A stretch of 64,000 nucleotides of DNA from Phoronis australis (GCA_002633005.1 NMRA01000467.1:138723-202722), one strand, 5' to 3'. Counted from the first letter of the stretch, positions 1 to 10,676 are shown. Translations and numbers: made by a program. The notes: a model not told the origin generated them from the sequence alone.

Positions 1-229
1 CCCCCCCCCCCCTAAATCCGCCTATGAATTTATGGTCTAACTAACATGTCCTATGAGGATGAAGGGATGTCTTTCTCAGCTCGTATTGGCATCGATACTT
101 CAGTATAATTTTAAAATGAAGGTTTTGATGCGCTGACCTAAGAGGAAGTTTTGCGTATAAGGGTATAAGGACTCTAACATTGCCAGTGTTCTAGGCCGTA
201 GGCGTGAGAAAATGGCAAAAGACGCAGAA

Positions 230-335
230 TCACAAATCTTCACGAAACAGTGCCATACATTGCAAACAAAAAAGTGGTGATTCATTGTCTCGCGACTGTC
301 TTGTTTCTACGCAACGGACCCACGTTGTCCCGTTA
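230..335 (-). CDS. Candidate terminal exon 3 of the secreted coiled-coil gene (FNGTTWVRCVETRQSRDNESPLFCLQCMALFREDL*)
   Basis: The exon-2 stop TAA sits inside a GTAAGA donor (exon would end at 804, phase 2); acceptor TTTGCTGCAG at 336-345 gives an open in-phase frame to TGA at 230-232. Confidence 0.4.
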
Positions 336-799
336 CTGCAGCAAATTAACGACTTCACTTTCTCACTGTCTATTTAAATATGACACGTTATTGCATTAAT
401 TATTCATTTCAAATACTTTTTTTTACCTGCAGCAACCATTCTAAAAGTTCGTTTTATGAAATCGATATTTTCTGGCGGGACTTTGGCAATGAATTGCAAC
501 TTTATGTATTGAATAAAAGTTAAAAGATGCTATTGAGTTGAGCTAGTTATAGTGAAAAAGTTCTTAAAACTTATCTTGCATGCTTCTTGTATGTTTATAA
601 AATTAATCATTTCAGAGAAACAAGCAATTGATTGGTGAATCTAAAAACAAAGTGGATAAGAAATACATTTCAGGAATAGCTGAAAGATGAGAGACCATAA
701 AACATGAAATAATACACATGCGCCTATTTTAAAAGTGATTACGTCATATCACTTACGATGTCATCACCGAAAAGGAATATTTACGGTAAAAACTCAATC

Positions 800-2324
800 T
801 TACAATGTATTGTCGCCACTGGTATTCAATCTTCGCTCCAGCTCCTCTAGCCGCCTTTGTAGGGCATCTAGTTGCTCGACACTCACCACGTGGTTAGAGG
901 CGTCTTCTTGAAATTCGCGAGAAATATTGTGAAGATTCGTTGCAAGCTTGTCAACTGACTTGGTGAGGTTTGTCGTCTTTTTTGAAACGCCACCCAATTC
1001 TCTTTGCATAGCTTCGTCTGTAGCTTTTAAATCTGTGACGGAAATTGATTGATTGCAATCCAGAATGATAAAGCGTTAGGAGAGGAATTTTGTGGAGTAA
1101 ACGTGCACCAATGTTCGATTGTGCTATAAAACATTTCTTAAATTTATCATTTCGTAAATTGTGATTGTATAAGAGGAAGACTTGGTATAAGATCTATTTC
1201 TAGTACACAGTTACCGCTATTTTTAATACAACTGTCTTCTTTTTCTTGTCTAATGATTGAGTTGCAGTAAGCGCGTGCACACTCCCAACCAAGGTGTATA
1301 CAGAACGTGGCACTCAGGTGAAAGAACAGTATCACTACGAGAAGGTGCATTTTATCAATAAGAGGGTTCACTTCGGAGGTTCGAAACACAACAAAATTTC
1401 ATTTTTACAGCTGCAAACGTCTACAGAAATGTTTTTAGTAGTTTCTATCTTTTCAAGAACCTTGATTGCAAAAATGTAATCAATTTGGACAACTGTAGCT
1501 TACTTTTCCATACTTAAGAGGTTGAAAAGACAACTGTCGAAAAACCTGCAGTGTACGGGCAGTGGTTGGATTTTTGGAATTATGCTTACAAAAGGGTGAT
1601 GTTTCTGCACACAAAAAGAAGACTTTTTCTCATAAGCTCCCTAAAATGGGTCCCTATCTCGAGCCGACTCTCTAAATAAGTGAGTATCTTATTTTTTCAG
1701 CCGCATACCCGTTAAAAATATAAACACATACGCCGGGTGTTACCAAAACGCAGCACAGAGGTCACCAAGTAGTGTTGTAGTGCCTCAGGCCTAGAACTTT
1801 CTAAGTGAGGCCATAGATCAGTTACCTAGCAGTTGATATCCAACGTCAGTAGCGAAATCGTCTGTTTCCCGCATGTAATAATCGAAGTCTTCAACTGCAC
1901 TAACAAGGTCCTCAATAAGTTTAGAATGGTTTCCCGACACCCCGGCGAAGTTGTCCTTAGAATTGTTCAGATCACGCCGAATCTCGTCTAACCTTCCCTT
2001 CAGATGCTGCTGTATAACCGTCTGATGAAGAACGAGAGACGAAAGCTTACGAAAGTTTGTTTCTACCGTTGCCAGTCTTTCGCTGTGTTCAGAGCTCGGA
2101 GTGACTGTCGTTTGTAATCCGTGCAACCAGGAGCGCGATCGCGACCTCAGTCTCGAACGAAAGCCGTCAAATGTCCCCCGTCCTAACGACCGTGTGTTTC
2201 GTGCACGGATATTTCTCACAGCATCTTCATTGTTAGGTTGCACTCTTAACGCACTTGCGTTTACGAAATACAAAACTGCCACTCCCGTGCACAAAAATGT
2301 AACTGCTGTACGCGTCTCAATCAT
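800..2324 (-). CDS. Uncharacterised secreted coiled-coil protein, 2 exons (2324-1826, 1032-800; 243 aa); possible alternative third exon 335-230
   Basis: ATG at 2324; hydrophobic signal peptide TAVTFLCTGVAVLYFVNASA; donor CTAG|GTAACT after 1826 (phase 1) joins acceptor ACAG|AT at 1032 in frame (YQLL-D-LKATDEAMQREL); heptad-like Leu pattern; sequons NNS, NHS, NLT, NIS, NTS. Confidence 0.72.
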
Positions 2325-2411
2325 AGTTGATATCAACTTATTCCGGCACTACAACAAAGCCAAATGACCCGACTGATGCTACCGAGTCTTATTTATGTTC
2401 GTCAGTCCAGA

Positions 2412-2424
2412 ACGGAAATTCCGT
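2412..2424. promoter_or_regulatory. Palindromic NF-kB/Rel-like site ACGGAAATTCCGT, ~90 bp upstream of the secreted-protein ATG
   Basis: GGAAATTCC core within a 13-bp palindrome; TATA-like CATAAATAA on the minus strand at ~2388-2396. Confidence 0.4.
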
Positions 2425-4890
2425 CATAGTTTCCCTCTCTTTAATGCCCGATTTAGAAACTTCCTCTTTGCCGGGCGAGAAATTTTGTAACACGATTTTT
2501 TGAAACACAGTTCAAGGAACATCCCGGTGGAGATGACGGTCACGAGTGTTGCTGTGATCAATTCGTGTCTTGATTGGCCGATTTTTCTTGAAAATGAATC
2601 ATGATTTCCCTCAGTACAACATCTTATAATTACAAAGTTCTATAATTGTATAATTGAGCAAAACCATTAATTTAACGTATAATGTTATAAAACTAGTTAA
2701 TATTTGTCTCCCATGTTACGTTTTCAATTGCGATGTTTGCCTCCAAACTTTCACACTAATAAAAGCTTTACTGTTCAACAGCTGTGTTTGTTCTTCGTTG
2801 AAGCAGTTATTTTAACCTCGACGATGGTTTGAGCAACAACAAGCATATTGTTGACGAAAACGGCCAATCCGTTATAAAATTAGCAATAGCTATGAAACAA
2901 CAAGCTAAACTTCCTGATCCTTGTCTACCATTTTGATTGGTTTTGAATTGTTTGGAATTGAACATAGTAATGAATATGGAATTGAACATAGTAATGAATT
3001 TTTATCACAAACACGTTGAGGTCATCTGCGTTTGATTGCCATTGTCCAGACTTTACTGAAGTGGAGATATCATTCAAAAATTTCCCTGATTACTGTGAAA
3101 TCGCAAGGCCACGCGGGGATTTTTTGTACCTCCATGAAGGATCTTGTTTTTACGATGTATGAATGGTACAAAAATTCGGTAATCTTAATTTAAATGTTTC
3201 ATTCGCTAAACTCTGGTGTAGCAATTTTGATCATAAGAACATGGAATTCGTATTTAAGTTATTTTAACACCTAGTTTTAAGCAGTTTTAGGGTCGAGCAA
3301 TAGAAAAGAAATAAACTCATTTCGTAATTCATCTTACAATCTGTTTATTTTGAAAGTGTCGAGTAGTTATGTATAACAAATTTTCAAGGGTTTTAAGAGG
3401 AAATAATATTTATAAAACTGATCATTCTTCAATAACCGTGCAACAGTTTAATCGAGTCACACGACTGCGTGCCAATTTGAACCGAAACGAAGCTTTTTCT
3501 TTACCGATACGCCTTACCTCCACACGCATACCCTGTAAACGACAACCAAAACTCAACTTTTCAAAATTGTTTCAAGGGTGATTCTTTAAAACGCCCTAAG
3601 TTCACGGAACTCTTGTGGACAGCGAAACTTCAGTTTATAGTCGTTGTTATGACAACACTGTTACATTGGACGAATAGCGTACTCGTGCGCGCGTATAATA
3701 TGTAAAAATGTTGCATCAGTACAGAGGTAACAAAGGAGCTGATGTGTTTCTTTTCTTATAGAAAACAGATTGGCGGCTGCTGTTTGAGAACCTCTGTATT
3801 GGACCGAAAACGCAACGTTTTCTATGCGAAGACTACATGTACTTTCTATTTCTGGACCAAAGATATCGTCACTGTTTCTAGGAAGCTGAATGACGATTAC
3901 ACAGAAGTGTAGGCTCACTTAGTTTTTTCCCCGGGAAATTAAGATATCCATCCGCGTGGGAAGACTTATATGCCAAGACTACAAAACTCAACCAGCCGAA
4001 AGTAAAAACTCTGTAGAATTTTATTTTTTTGACTTTTCACCAAACTACAAGCATTTTGGTCTCGTGACCATGACTTATTACATTTTTTTTCAAAAATAAC
4101 ATTCATAGCCAAACAAGGATAACAATGACACGTGACCAAATTATGTTTGTCCGAGATAAAATCTCAAGAACACCGTTTTACAGGTTTCTAAGTTATCACT
4201 TCGGTTTTGTTTTACGCAGCTTTTGAATTCTTTTGTAAAAGTTCTATTTTCCAGTCTCTTATGCAAAAGTGGATCATTAAAAACTTCCTAAAAGCGTTTT
4301 GAAGAACAGTGCATCAACCATATTGGAGAGTTTGATCAGTCATGTCTGAGATATATTCGGAAGGGACATGCAAGATACAGGTCAATGATTAAATGTGTTT
4401 ATTTTTTTTCACGTGGAGCTGGATGCAGAGACTGGCAAATAACAAAATCGCAGAGGATAGTAGGTTGTCAGAACTTGACTTTGAAAACTGCCAGTAAATT
4501 CTGTCGAGAATTCAACTAAGAAATGTTTCGGTACAAAATGTGTAATGAAATGTTTGTCCTCCAACATAGTGGATGACTTAATTGATTACGTCATTCGAAA
4601 AAAGATACCCTACGCCAGTCTGACGAAAATTAGACCCCTTTCACATTGTTAGTTCAGACGGCAGTCCATCAACGCCATCAACCGTGTACAAGTTGCGGTA
4701 AAAAATTCACGAGCGGTGTGCAAACGCAGCAGTAACCGTGCGAATCTGTTCTATTCTACTTTTGTTTTGTGCTGTTTTTCAACAATTGTCGCCACCACTT
4801 TTCATCGGCGAGTATTCTGCGGCAAGATAGGTTAGTAGAGAACTCAACTACGTTGCATTTAGGGATTGTTTAGTGTGTTGTAAGCTGAAA

Positions 4891-5190
4891 ATGGCTCGAG
4901 TCGGTGACCCGTATCACAGTGACAGTAGTGTGAGTGACGGAGACCTTTGTTCACAGCAGTGGTGACGAGGAATTTTTTCACGGACATTCAGTGGGTGGGT
5001 ACATGTTTGAGCCCGAGTATAACGAGGCAGAGTACGCACAGGCACAGGCAGCTGTTGAGAGAAACGAGGCGGCTCCTGAGGACAGACGTGGTGACACATC
5101 TTGGTGCAAATGCACTGTGTGCGTTGTTATGCCTACTTCAATGGAATGCTTGTGCTGTTCAGAGTTCGACGAGGCCAAGCCACTACTGGA
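4891..5190 (+). pseudogene. N-terminal fragment of KolX / P2X7-ballast-like Cys-rich protein (frameshifted near 4948)
   Basis: ATG at 4891, acidic leader, GYMFEPEY, then WCKCTVCVVMPTSMECLCCSE; one extra base relative to the copy-2 frame. Confidence 0.7.
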
Positions 5191-5985
5191 CATGGTTAAG
5201 TGGACCTCCGGCATACCACGGACAGAGGAACAACTGTCCCACTTGCCAGAGTGTCCCGTGACACACTCCCACTGGATGGTGACCTGAGCACCCAAACTGC
5301 TTACATTGTGTCGTGTGACTCCCTCGCCACACACCTGGCACCTTCTAAATAGCTCCAACACTTTAGACAAGTCCACAATAAACTTATCAAAGTTTGGCTC
5401 ACCGATCTGTTCACTGGACGACGAACTGTCCTCTTCACTGGGTGTCGAACTGGGCCTGTAATCACTCCCACTACTCAATATCGCTGCAGGGCTGCTTAGA
5501 GGCTCTGGGCTGGAGAAAACAGCACAGGGCGAATCACTACTGGTTCCAGGAATTGCACGCTCTGGGGTACGTTCGGAGGCACGGGTGACAGTAGATGAAG
5601 TGCCTCCACTGGCTCCAGTCACTGTACTGGCCACAGCTCGCGAGGCTTCTCGCTTCAAAAACGCACTTCTCGGGGGTGGCGACGGGGCACTGCCGGGAAT
5701 CAACACAGACGGAATGGCATCCTTCTTCAGACGTTGTTTCGCAGGGACCTTCATCAGTTCAGCGTACAAATCCCTTTCGTAATCGGACGGCAGAAAGTGC
5801 TTGCCACACACACGGTAATTCTCCACTGCTTTGTACGTTGCGTGGACGGGTAACGCTGCGTTCTTCACACGAACGAGCCAAGTACGGCGAAGTGTGTCAT
5901 CCATCGGAAAGCGATGCAAAGGTACTCCCAAAGCGCGCGTGAGCCGATAATTAGTACATCCTGGTACGCAGCAACAGTGTGGCAT
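4978..5985 (-). CDS. THAP-domain ORF, truncated Kolobok-type transposase (THAP + Ser/Pro linker + CxxC...C..GH motif; no DDE core)
   Basis: MPHCCCVPGC..LHRFP..W..RVCGKHF..LKKDAIPS is a canonical C2CH THAP; KFIVDLSKVLELFRRCQVC..WECVTGHSGKWDS resembles Kolobok transposase N-termini; the last ~65 aa are antisense read-through across the deletion junction. Confidence 0.8.
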   Translation of the reverse strand: MPHCCCVPGCTNYRLTRALGVPLHRFPMDDTLRRTWLVRVKNAALPVHATYKAVENYRVCGKHFLPSDYERDLYAELMKVPAKQRLKKDAIPSVLIPGSAPSPPPRSAFLKREASRAVASTVTGASGGTSSTVTRASERTPERAIPGTSSDSPCAVFSSPEPLSSPAAILSSGSDYRPSSTPSEEDSSSSSEQIGEPNFDKFIVDLSKVLELFRRCQVCGEGVTRHNVSSLGAQVTIQWECVTGHSGKWDSCSSVRGMPEVHLTMSSSGLASSNSEQHKHSIEVGITTHTVHLHQDVSPRLSSGAASFLSTAACACAYSASLYSGSNMYPPTECP

Positions 5986-6254
5986 GTTGACTGACTAGTA
6001 AATGAAAGCAAACGACGACGGAACTTAACACAACCGAGGTAGAACAATGACTGACTCGGCAGCTCTCACAGTCAGACTATATGAAAAGAAATTGGCGCGA
6101 AATGCTTGCCTCCTAAAACGTCACTTCCGGAGTAGCGGACGAGTAATTAATAAAATTACGAAAAGCTGTAATTAAGTGGAAAATATGTCTAGGATAACCA
6201 ACCAACCTTATTTTAGCTCAAAATGACATGGAAAAAGGTTCCCTTCGCCTTTAA

Positions 6255-6574
6255 CCTTTTATACCCTGCCTGTCTTAATCATGTCATTTTTTCATTGTCG
6301 TAAATACTCTCATTGTCTAGAGTCATCTCTTAATTTATTTCATCTGTCTTAGTTAACTTTTTACCATTATTTGTCATTTAGTTATTGTCTTAATTCTCAA
6401 CCTTAACTGTTTTAATTGTATCTTTGTTACGTATATTTCATTGTTGTTTTATTACTTCATTGTATTATATTACTTTTTTTCTTGTTGAGGGCCCTCTTGG
6501 AAAGCAGTGCTGTCACTGAAGAGGCCACCCTCATTTTAAATATCACAATGATAAATAAATAAATAAATAAATAA
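6255..6574 (+). mobile_element. 3' tail of a non-LTR retroelement (LINE/SINE): T-rich UTR, terminal stem-loop, (TAAA)n tail
   Basis: GAGGGCCCTCTTGGAAAGCAGTG..CACTGAAGAGGCCACCCTC followed by (TAAA)5; related tails at ~32451 and ~57460. Confidence 0.55.
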
Positions 6575-6901
6575 ACACGACTTCAAAAGGTAATACCTTC
6601 CAATGCGATCGGTCTTCGTCAGTATGATCCTCCCAAATTCTTGTGTATACCATAAACGTTCAATCACACATTTCCGACGTTGTCTCAAGTGACTAAGAAT
6701 CACGTGCATGACTCGGCAATCCGTGAACAGCGTTTACAGGTGCCACAGACGTTTCGCGGTGCAAAAGCCGCAGTTTTGGGTGCGGAAGCGGTGTTTTAAT
6801 TACCGCGGGCCGTGTTTGTGAGTCGGTGAACTGAGTTAATTACTGGTTCCCGAGCCGTGTTTATGAAGCATAAATGCTGAACTATGTCACCTGCAATTTA
6901 A

Positions 6902-8287
6902 AAGGGAAGGCATCCTTTTTGCCATTTTTAGTAAAAATGCTGTTCGTTGATTATTACAGACATGTTTTAGCTAATTACGGATCCCCGAAATTTTATTGAT
7001 TAGTGGTGCACTACTACGGAAGTGACGTTTAGGGGTTAAGAATTTTCCACCATTTTGTTTCTAGTGCTTTGAGATTACTGTGAGGATTTGTTCTAATGCT
7101 GTTTTCGTGCTGATTTCCTAAAATTGTCGTCATCATTTCCCATCGACGATTTCTCTACCACAAACTAGGTTGTTAGAGAACTCAATTACGTTGGACTTAG
7201 GAATCTTCTAGTTTGTAATAGCCTGGATGTCTGCGCGTTGGAGTCGGCGATCCATATCACAGACGCAGTGACGTGAGTGACGGAGAAATTATTGATAGTA
7301 GCGGTGGAGAGATAATTTTTCACGAACAGTCAGTGGGTGGATATATGTTTCTGTCCGAGTATAGTGAGAAAGAGTACGCACAGAGATCTGTTCAGAGGGA
7401 TGAGACAGAGACTGAGGACAGACGTGGTGGGACGTTTTGGTGCAAATGCACGGTGCACACTGTTATGCCGACCTTAATGGAATGCCTGTACTGTCTAGGT
7501 TCCCACTGGATGATGACGTGAGCATCCAAACAGATTACATCCCGCTGAGTGACTCCCTTGCCACACGCCTGACACTTTCTAAGTAGCTTCAATACTTATA
7601 GTCAAGTCCCCAATAAACTTATCAAAGTTTGGCTCAACAGTCTGATCATTGCACTACGAACAGTCCTCCCCATTGGTTGTCAAACCTGGCCTGATTTCAC
7701 TCCCAATACTTAACATCGCTGCAGAGCTTCTTACAAGCTTTGGACGGGATACAACACCAGCACAGGGTGAATCACATAGTCGCCGGAATTGCACGATCTA
7801 GGGTACTTTCTGATCGTGACTGTAGATGAAGGGCCTCCAGACGCTGCAGAGGCCACAGCTCGCGAGGCTACTCGCTTCAAAAATGCACTTCTCGGTGGTA
7901 GCGACGGGGCACTGCCGGGAATTAATAGTGACAGTAAGGCTCCCTTCTTCATGCGTTGTTTCGCAGAAACCTTCATCAATTTTGCTTTCATACCTCGTTC
8001 GTAATCGACGGACAGAAAATGCTTGCCACACACTCGGTTCTAATGTTGACTGACTGTGTAGACAAACGCAAATGGCAACCGAACTTATCACAACCGACTG
8101 ACTCGACAGGTCGCACAGCCAGTCAGAGTATTTAACAACAAAATGGCGGGAAACCCTCTAAACGTCACTTCCGGAGTAAGGCACGACTAATAAAATTATA
8201 GGAAGTCATTATTAACTGAAATCTACGTTGGGATAATCAATGAACCTAATTTTTATTAGAAATGACATGAGAAGGTTGCCTTCTCTT
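6902..8287 (-). mobile_element. Non-autonomous Kolobok-type DNA transposon, copy 2 (older, diverged, both TIRs)
   Basis: TTAA|AAGGGAAGG ... CCTTCTCTT|TTAA; degenerate KolX-like ORF 7273-7521 (WCKCTVHTVMPTLMECLYC) and THAP remnant 7731-8033 (CGKHF..) colinear with copy 1. Confidence 0.8.
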
Positions 8288-8454
8288 TTAAACTCATTAC
8301 ATTGCGCGCGTACAGTCAACGACTTTCCATAGAACTCTAGCCTTGGAATGCCAACTGCTGTACGTTACCAAAGACTAATCTCGCGGGCAGCCGGCATTAT
8401 GGGAATTCGCTATGAGATTTTTCTCCCTCTCTATGGTCTGTGATTGTATTAGTA

Positions 8455-8640
8455 CAGTGGCGGATCTAGGATATCACAAGGGGGGGGCCAACATTTTGTC
8501 TGTAGAAATTTGCTCAAAGCAAGATTGTAGATGCGCATAGCACCGAATTGGGGGAGGTCGGGAGGGGGGGGTTTGCCCCCTTCCACCCAGGAAATTTTTC
8601 TGTTTTTCCCTCTAAAAATCAATCATTTTCCTTGATTCCC
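8455..8640 (+). mobile_element. Fragment of a CAGTGGCGGATCTAGG-terminated MITE family (related ends at 1-27, ~10190-10225, ~14602, ~17237, ~34840)
   Basis: Recurrent terminus CAGTGGCGGATCTAGG / CCCCCTAAATCCGCCTATG with G-runs. Confidence 0.5.
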
Positions 8641-8699
8641 GAAGTATTATCCAAGAAAAAAAGGCAAAAAACCGAAGAAGGTGTCAGCCAGGAAAAACT

Positions 8700-8776
8700 G
8701 CAAACGCCACAGACTCGAACTCACGACATAGCGGACATAGCGCGCGTGCTTTACCACTGCACCCGACCACCGCGAC
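8700..8776 (-). mobile_element. tRNA-derived SINE head directly abutting Kolobok copy 3
   Basis: Minus strand GTGCAGTGGTAAAGC (A-box) ... GAGTTCGAGTC (B-box); no clean cloverleaf. Confidence 0.45.
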
Positions 8777-8780
8777 TTAA

Positions 8781-9616
8781 AGGCGAAGGCAACCTTTTTC
8801 GATGTTATTTTGAGCTAAAATAAGATTGGTTGGTTATCCTAGACATATTTTCCACTTAATTACAGCTTTTCGTAATTTTATAGATTACTCGCCCGCTACT
8901 CCGGAAGTGACGTTTTAGGAGGCAAGCGTTTCCCGCCACTTGGTTTTGCGTTGACTTTACCGTGCGAATCTGTTCTATTCTACTTTTGTTTTGTGCTGTT
9001 TTTCAACAATTGTCGCCACCACTTTCCATCGGCAAGTATTCTGCGNNNNNNNNNNNNNNNNNNNNNNNNNNNNNNNNNNNNNNNNNNNNNNNNNNNNNNN
9101 NNNNNNNNNNNNNNNNNNNNNNNNNNNNNNNNNNNNNNNNNNNNNNNNNNNNNNNNNNNNNNNNNNNNNNNNNNNNNNNNNNNNNNNNNNNNNNNNNNNN
9201 NNNNNNNNNNNNNNNNNNNNNNNNNNNNNNNNNNNNNNNNNNNNNNNNNNNNNNNNNNNNNNNNNNNNNNNNNNNNNNNNNNNNNNNNNNNNNNNNNNNN
9301 NNNNNNNNNNNNNNNNNNNNNNNNNNNNNNNNNNNNNNNNCAGTGTGGCATATTGACTGACTAGTAAATGAAAGCAAACGACGACGGAACTTAACACAAC
9401 CGAGGTAGAACAATGACTGACTCGGCAGCTCTCACAGTCAGACTATATGAAAAGAAATTGGCGCGAAATGCTTGCCTCCTAAAACGTCACTTCCGGAAGA
9501 GCGGACGAGTAATTAATAAAATTACGAAAAGCTGTAATTAAGTGGAAAATATGTCTAGGATAACCAACCAACCTTATTTTAGCTCTAAATGACATGGAAA
9601 AAGGTTGCCTTCGCCT
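8781..9616 (-). mobile_element. Non-autonomous Kolobok-type DNA transposon, copy 3 (young; interior is an assembly gap)
   Basis: TTAA|AGGCGAAGGCAACC ... GGTTGCCTTCGCCT|TTAA; ~150-bp TIRs with few mismatches; flanks of the gap match copy 1. Confidence 0.85.
9046..9340. other. Assembly gap (295 N)
   Basis: Run of N. Confidence 1.
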
Positions 9617-10623
9617 TTAACTCCTAATTTGATACTAAGAGACCTACTTGTTTATGGTCCACAGCGTTTGCGCTCGAAGCCTCCTTCTTTTTGTAATGCT
9701 TATTACATGTTTTATATTTTGTGCAATCAGTTCGTAACAAATTTGTTGTATTTAAAATGGTCTTCAATTGCCCAAAAGACCAAATCCGTTTTTTGTGTTG
9801 GCAATAATGACACGATTGCTTTGGAAATCGTCTTAAGTTAAGGTTTGACAAAGAGAGAATTATGAGTTTCTGAGTGATTTACTAAGGCTTCGATTAAAAT
9901 TGACATCTTACCAGCAGCTTCTGTTTTTTCGCCATCACTCAGATTCCATTTTCTTTAAAAAATGAAGTAATTTTTCTTCATTGCACAGCGGAGCAGACGA
10001 CGGAAACGGACGCGTAGTGCCTAGCGCCACTGCCGGTCGCCTGAGATATCGCGGGAGAGCCTATACCCCCACTCAAACACTAAAACTGCACACATTTAAA
10101 TCTTGTTTCAGCCGTATAATTTTAATTACCGGGGTCAACATTTCCCTACGCTCTTGCTGTTTTATTTTATTGCGGCAGCCAAGGGTGGGGGCCCGGACCC
10201 CCTGCCCCCCTAAATCCGCCTATGTACTAAAGCTTGGATCCAAAGACTAGTCGCGAGAGTTTGATCTGAGAATTTCCTGCGGGTCTGCTAGACTCAGTTT
10301 TGATCGAGTGTTGGAGTTAGTTTTGTTCATGAAGTAAGACTGTTGAGCTACGGTTTTAGACAACCACTGATTTTTGGGAAAAATTAGTCAAGGAACCCTA
10401 CACGTACATTGGTCAATCATTCTCCAATCTTAGAACCACTTTCGGCAACCTATCAAAGTTGACAGTTTTCAAGAAAACATTTTTAGGTGTTAAAATCGTT
10501 TTTACCGCTGTATTTTATGGAAAGAAGTGACATTTGGTTTATGAGCGTTTGTTTTGCAGTTATAAATGAAAAAATTGCCCCTAGTAGCAGCTGTGTTCAC
10601 GTGACGAAAAACGTCTCGAAGCT

Positions 10624-10626
<3 letters not shown>

Positions 10627-10676
<50 letters not shown>

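Larger units (their letters stand above)
4736..6250 (-). mobile_element. Non-autonomous Kolobok-type DNA transposon, copy 1 (left TIR missing)
   Basis: Right end CCTTCGCCT|TTAA (6251-6254); near-identical to copy 3 from ACCGTGCGAATC onward; contains convergent THAP and Cys-rich ORFs. Confidence 0.8.

Noticed and set aside
2101-2367. Plus-strand 88-aa ORF
   Set aside because: Antisense shadow of the secreted-protein exon 1; no independent features
5736-5757. Minus-strand CTGATGAAGGTCCCTGCGAAAC resembling a Penelope-type hammerhead
   Set aside because: Lies in the THAP coding frame (LMKVPAK), stem II is weak, and the first C is lost in copy 2
6487-6531. GAAA ... CTGAAGA as a hammerhead ribozyme core
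   Set aside because: Only ~12 nt between GAAA and CUGANGA, too short for stems III and I; better explained as a retroelement 3' stem-loop
8951-9413. Six ORFs of 120-140 aa
   Set aside because: Artefacts of the N-run
4736-9616. piggyBac assignment because of the TTAA target sites
   Set aside because: Ends are AGG..CCT / AAG..CTT rather than CCC..GGG, and THAP plus a convergent Cys-rich ORF fits Kolobok
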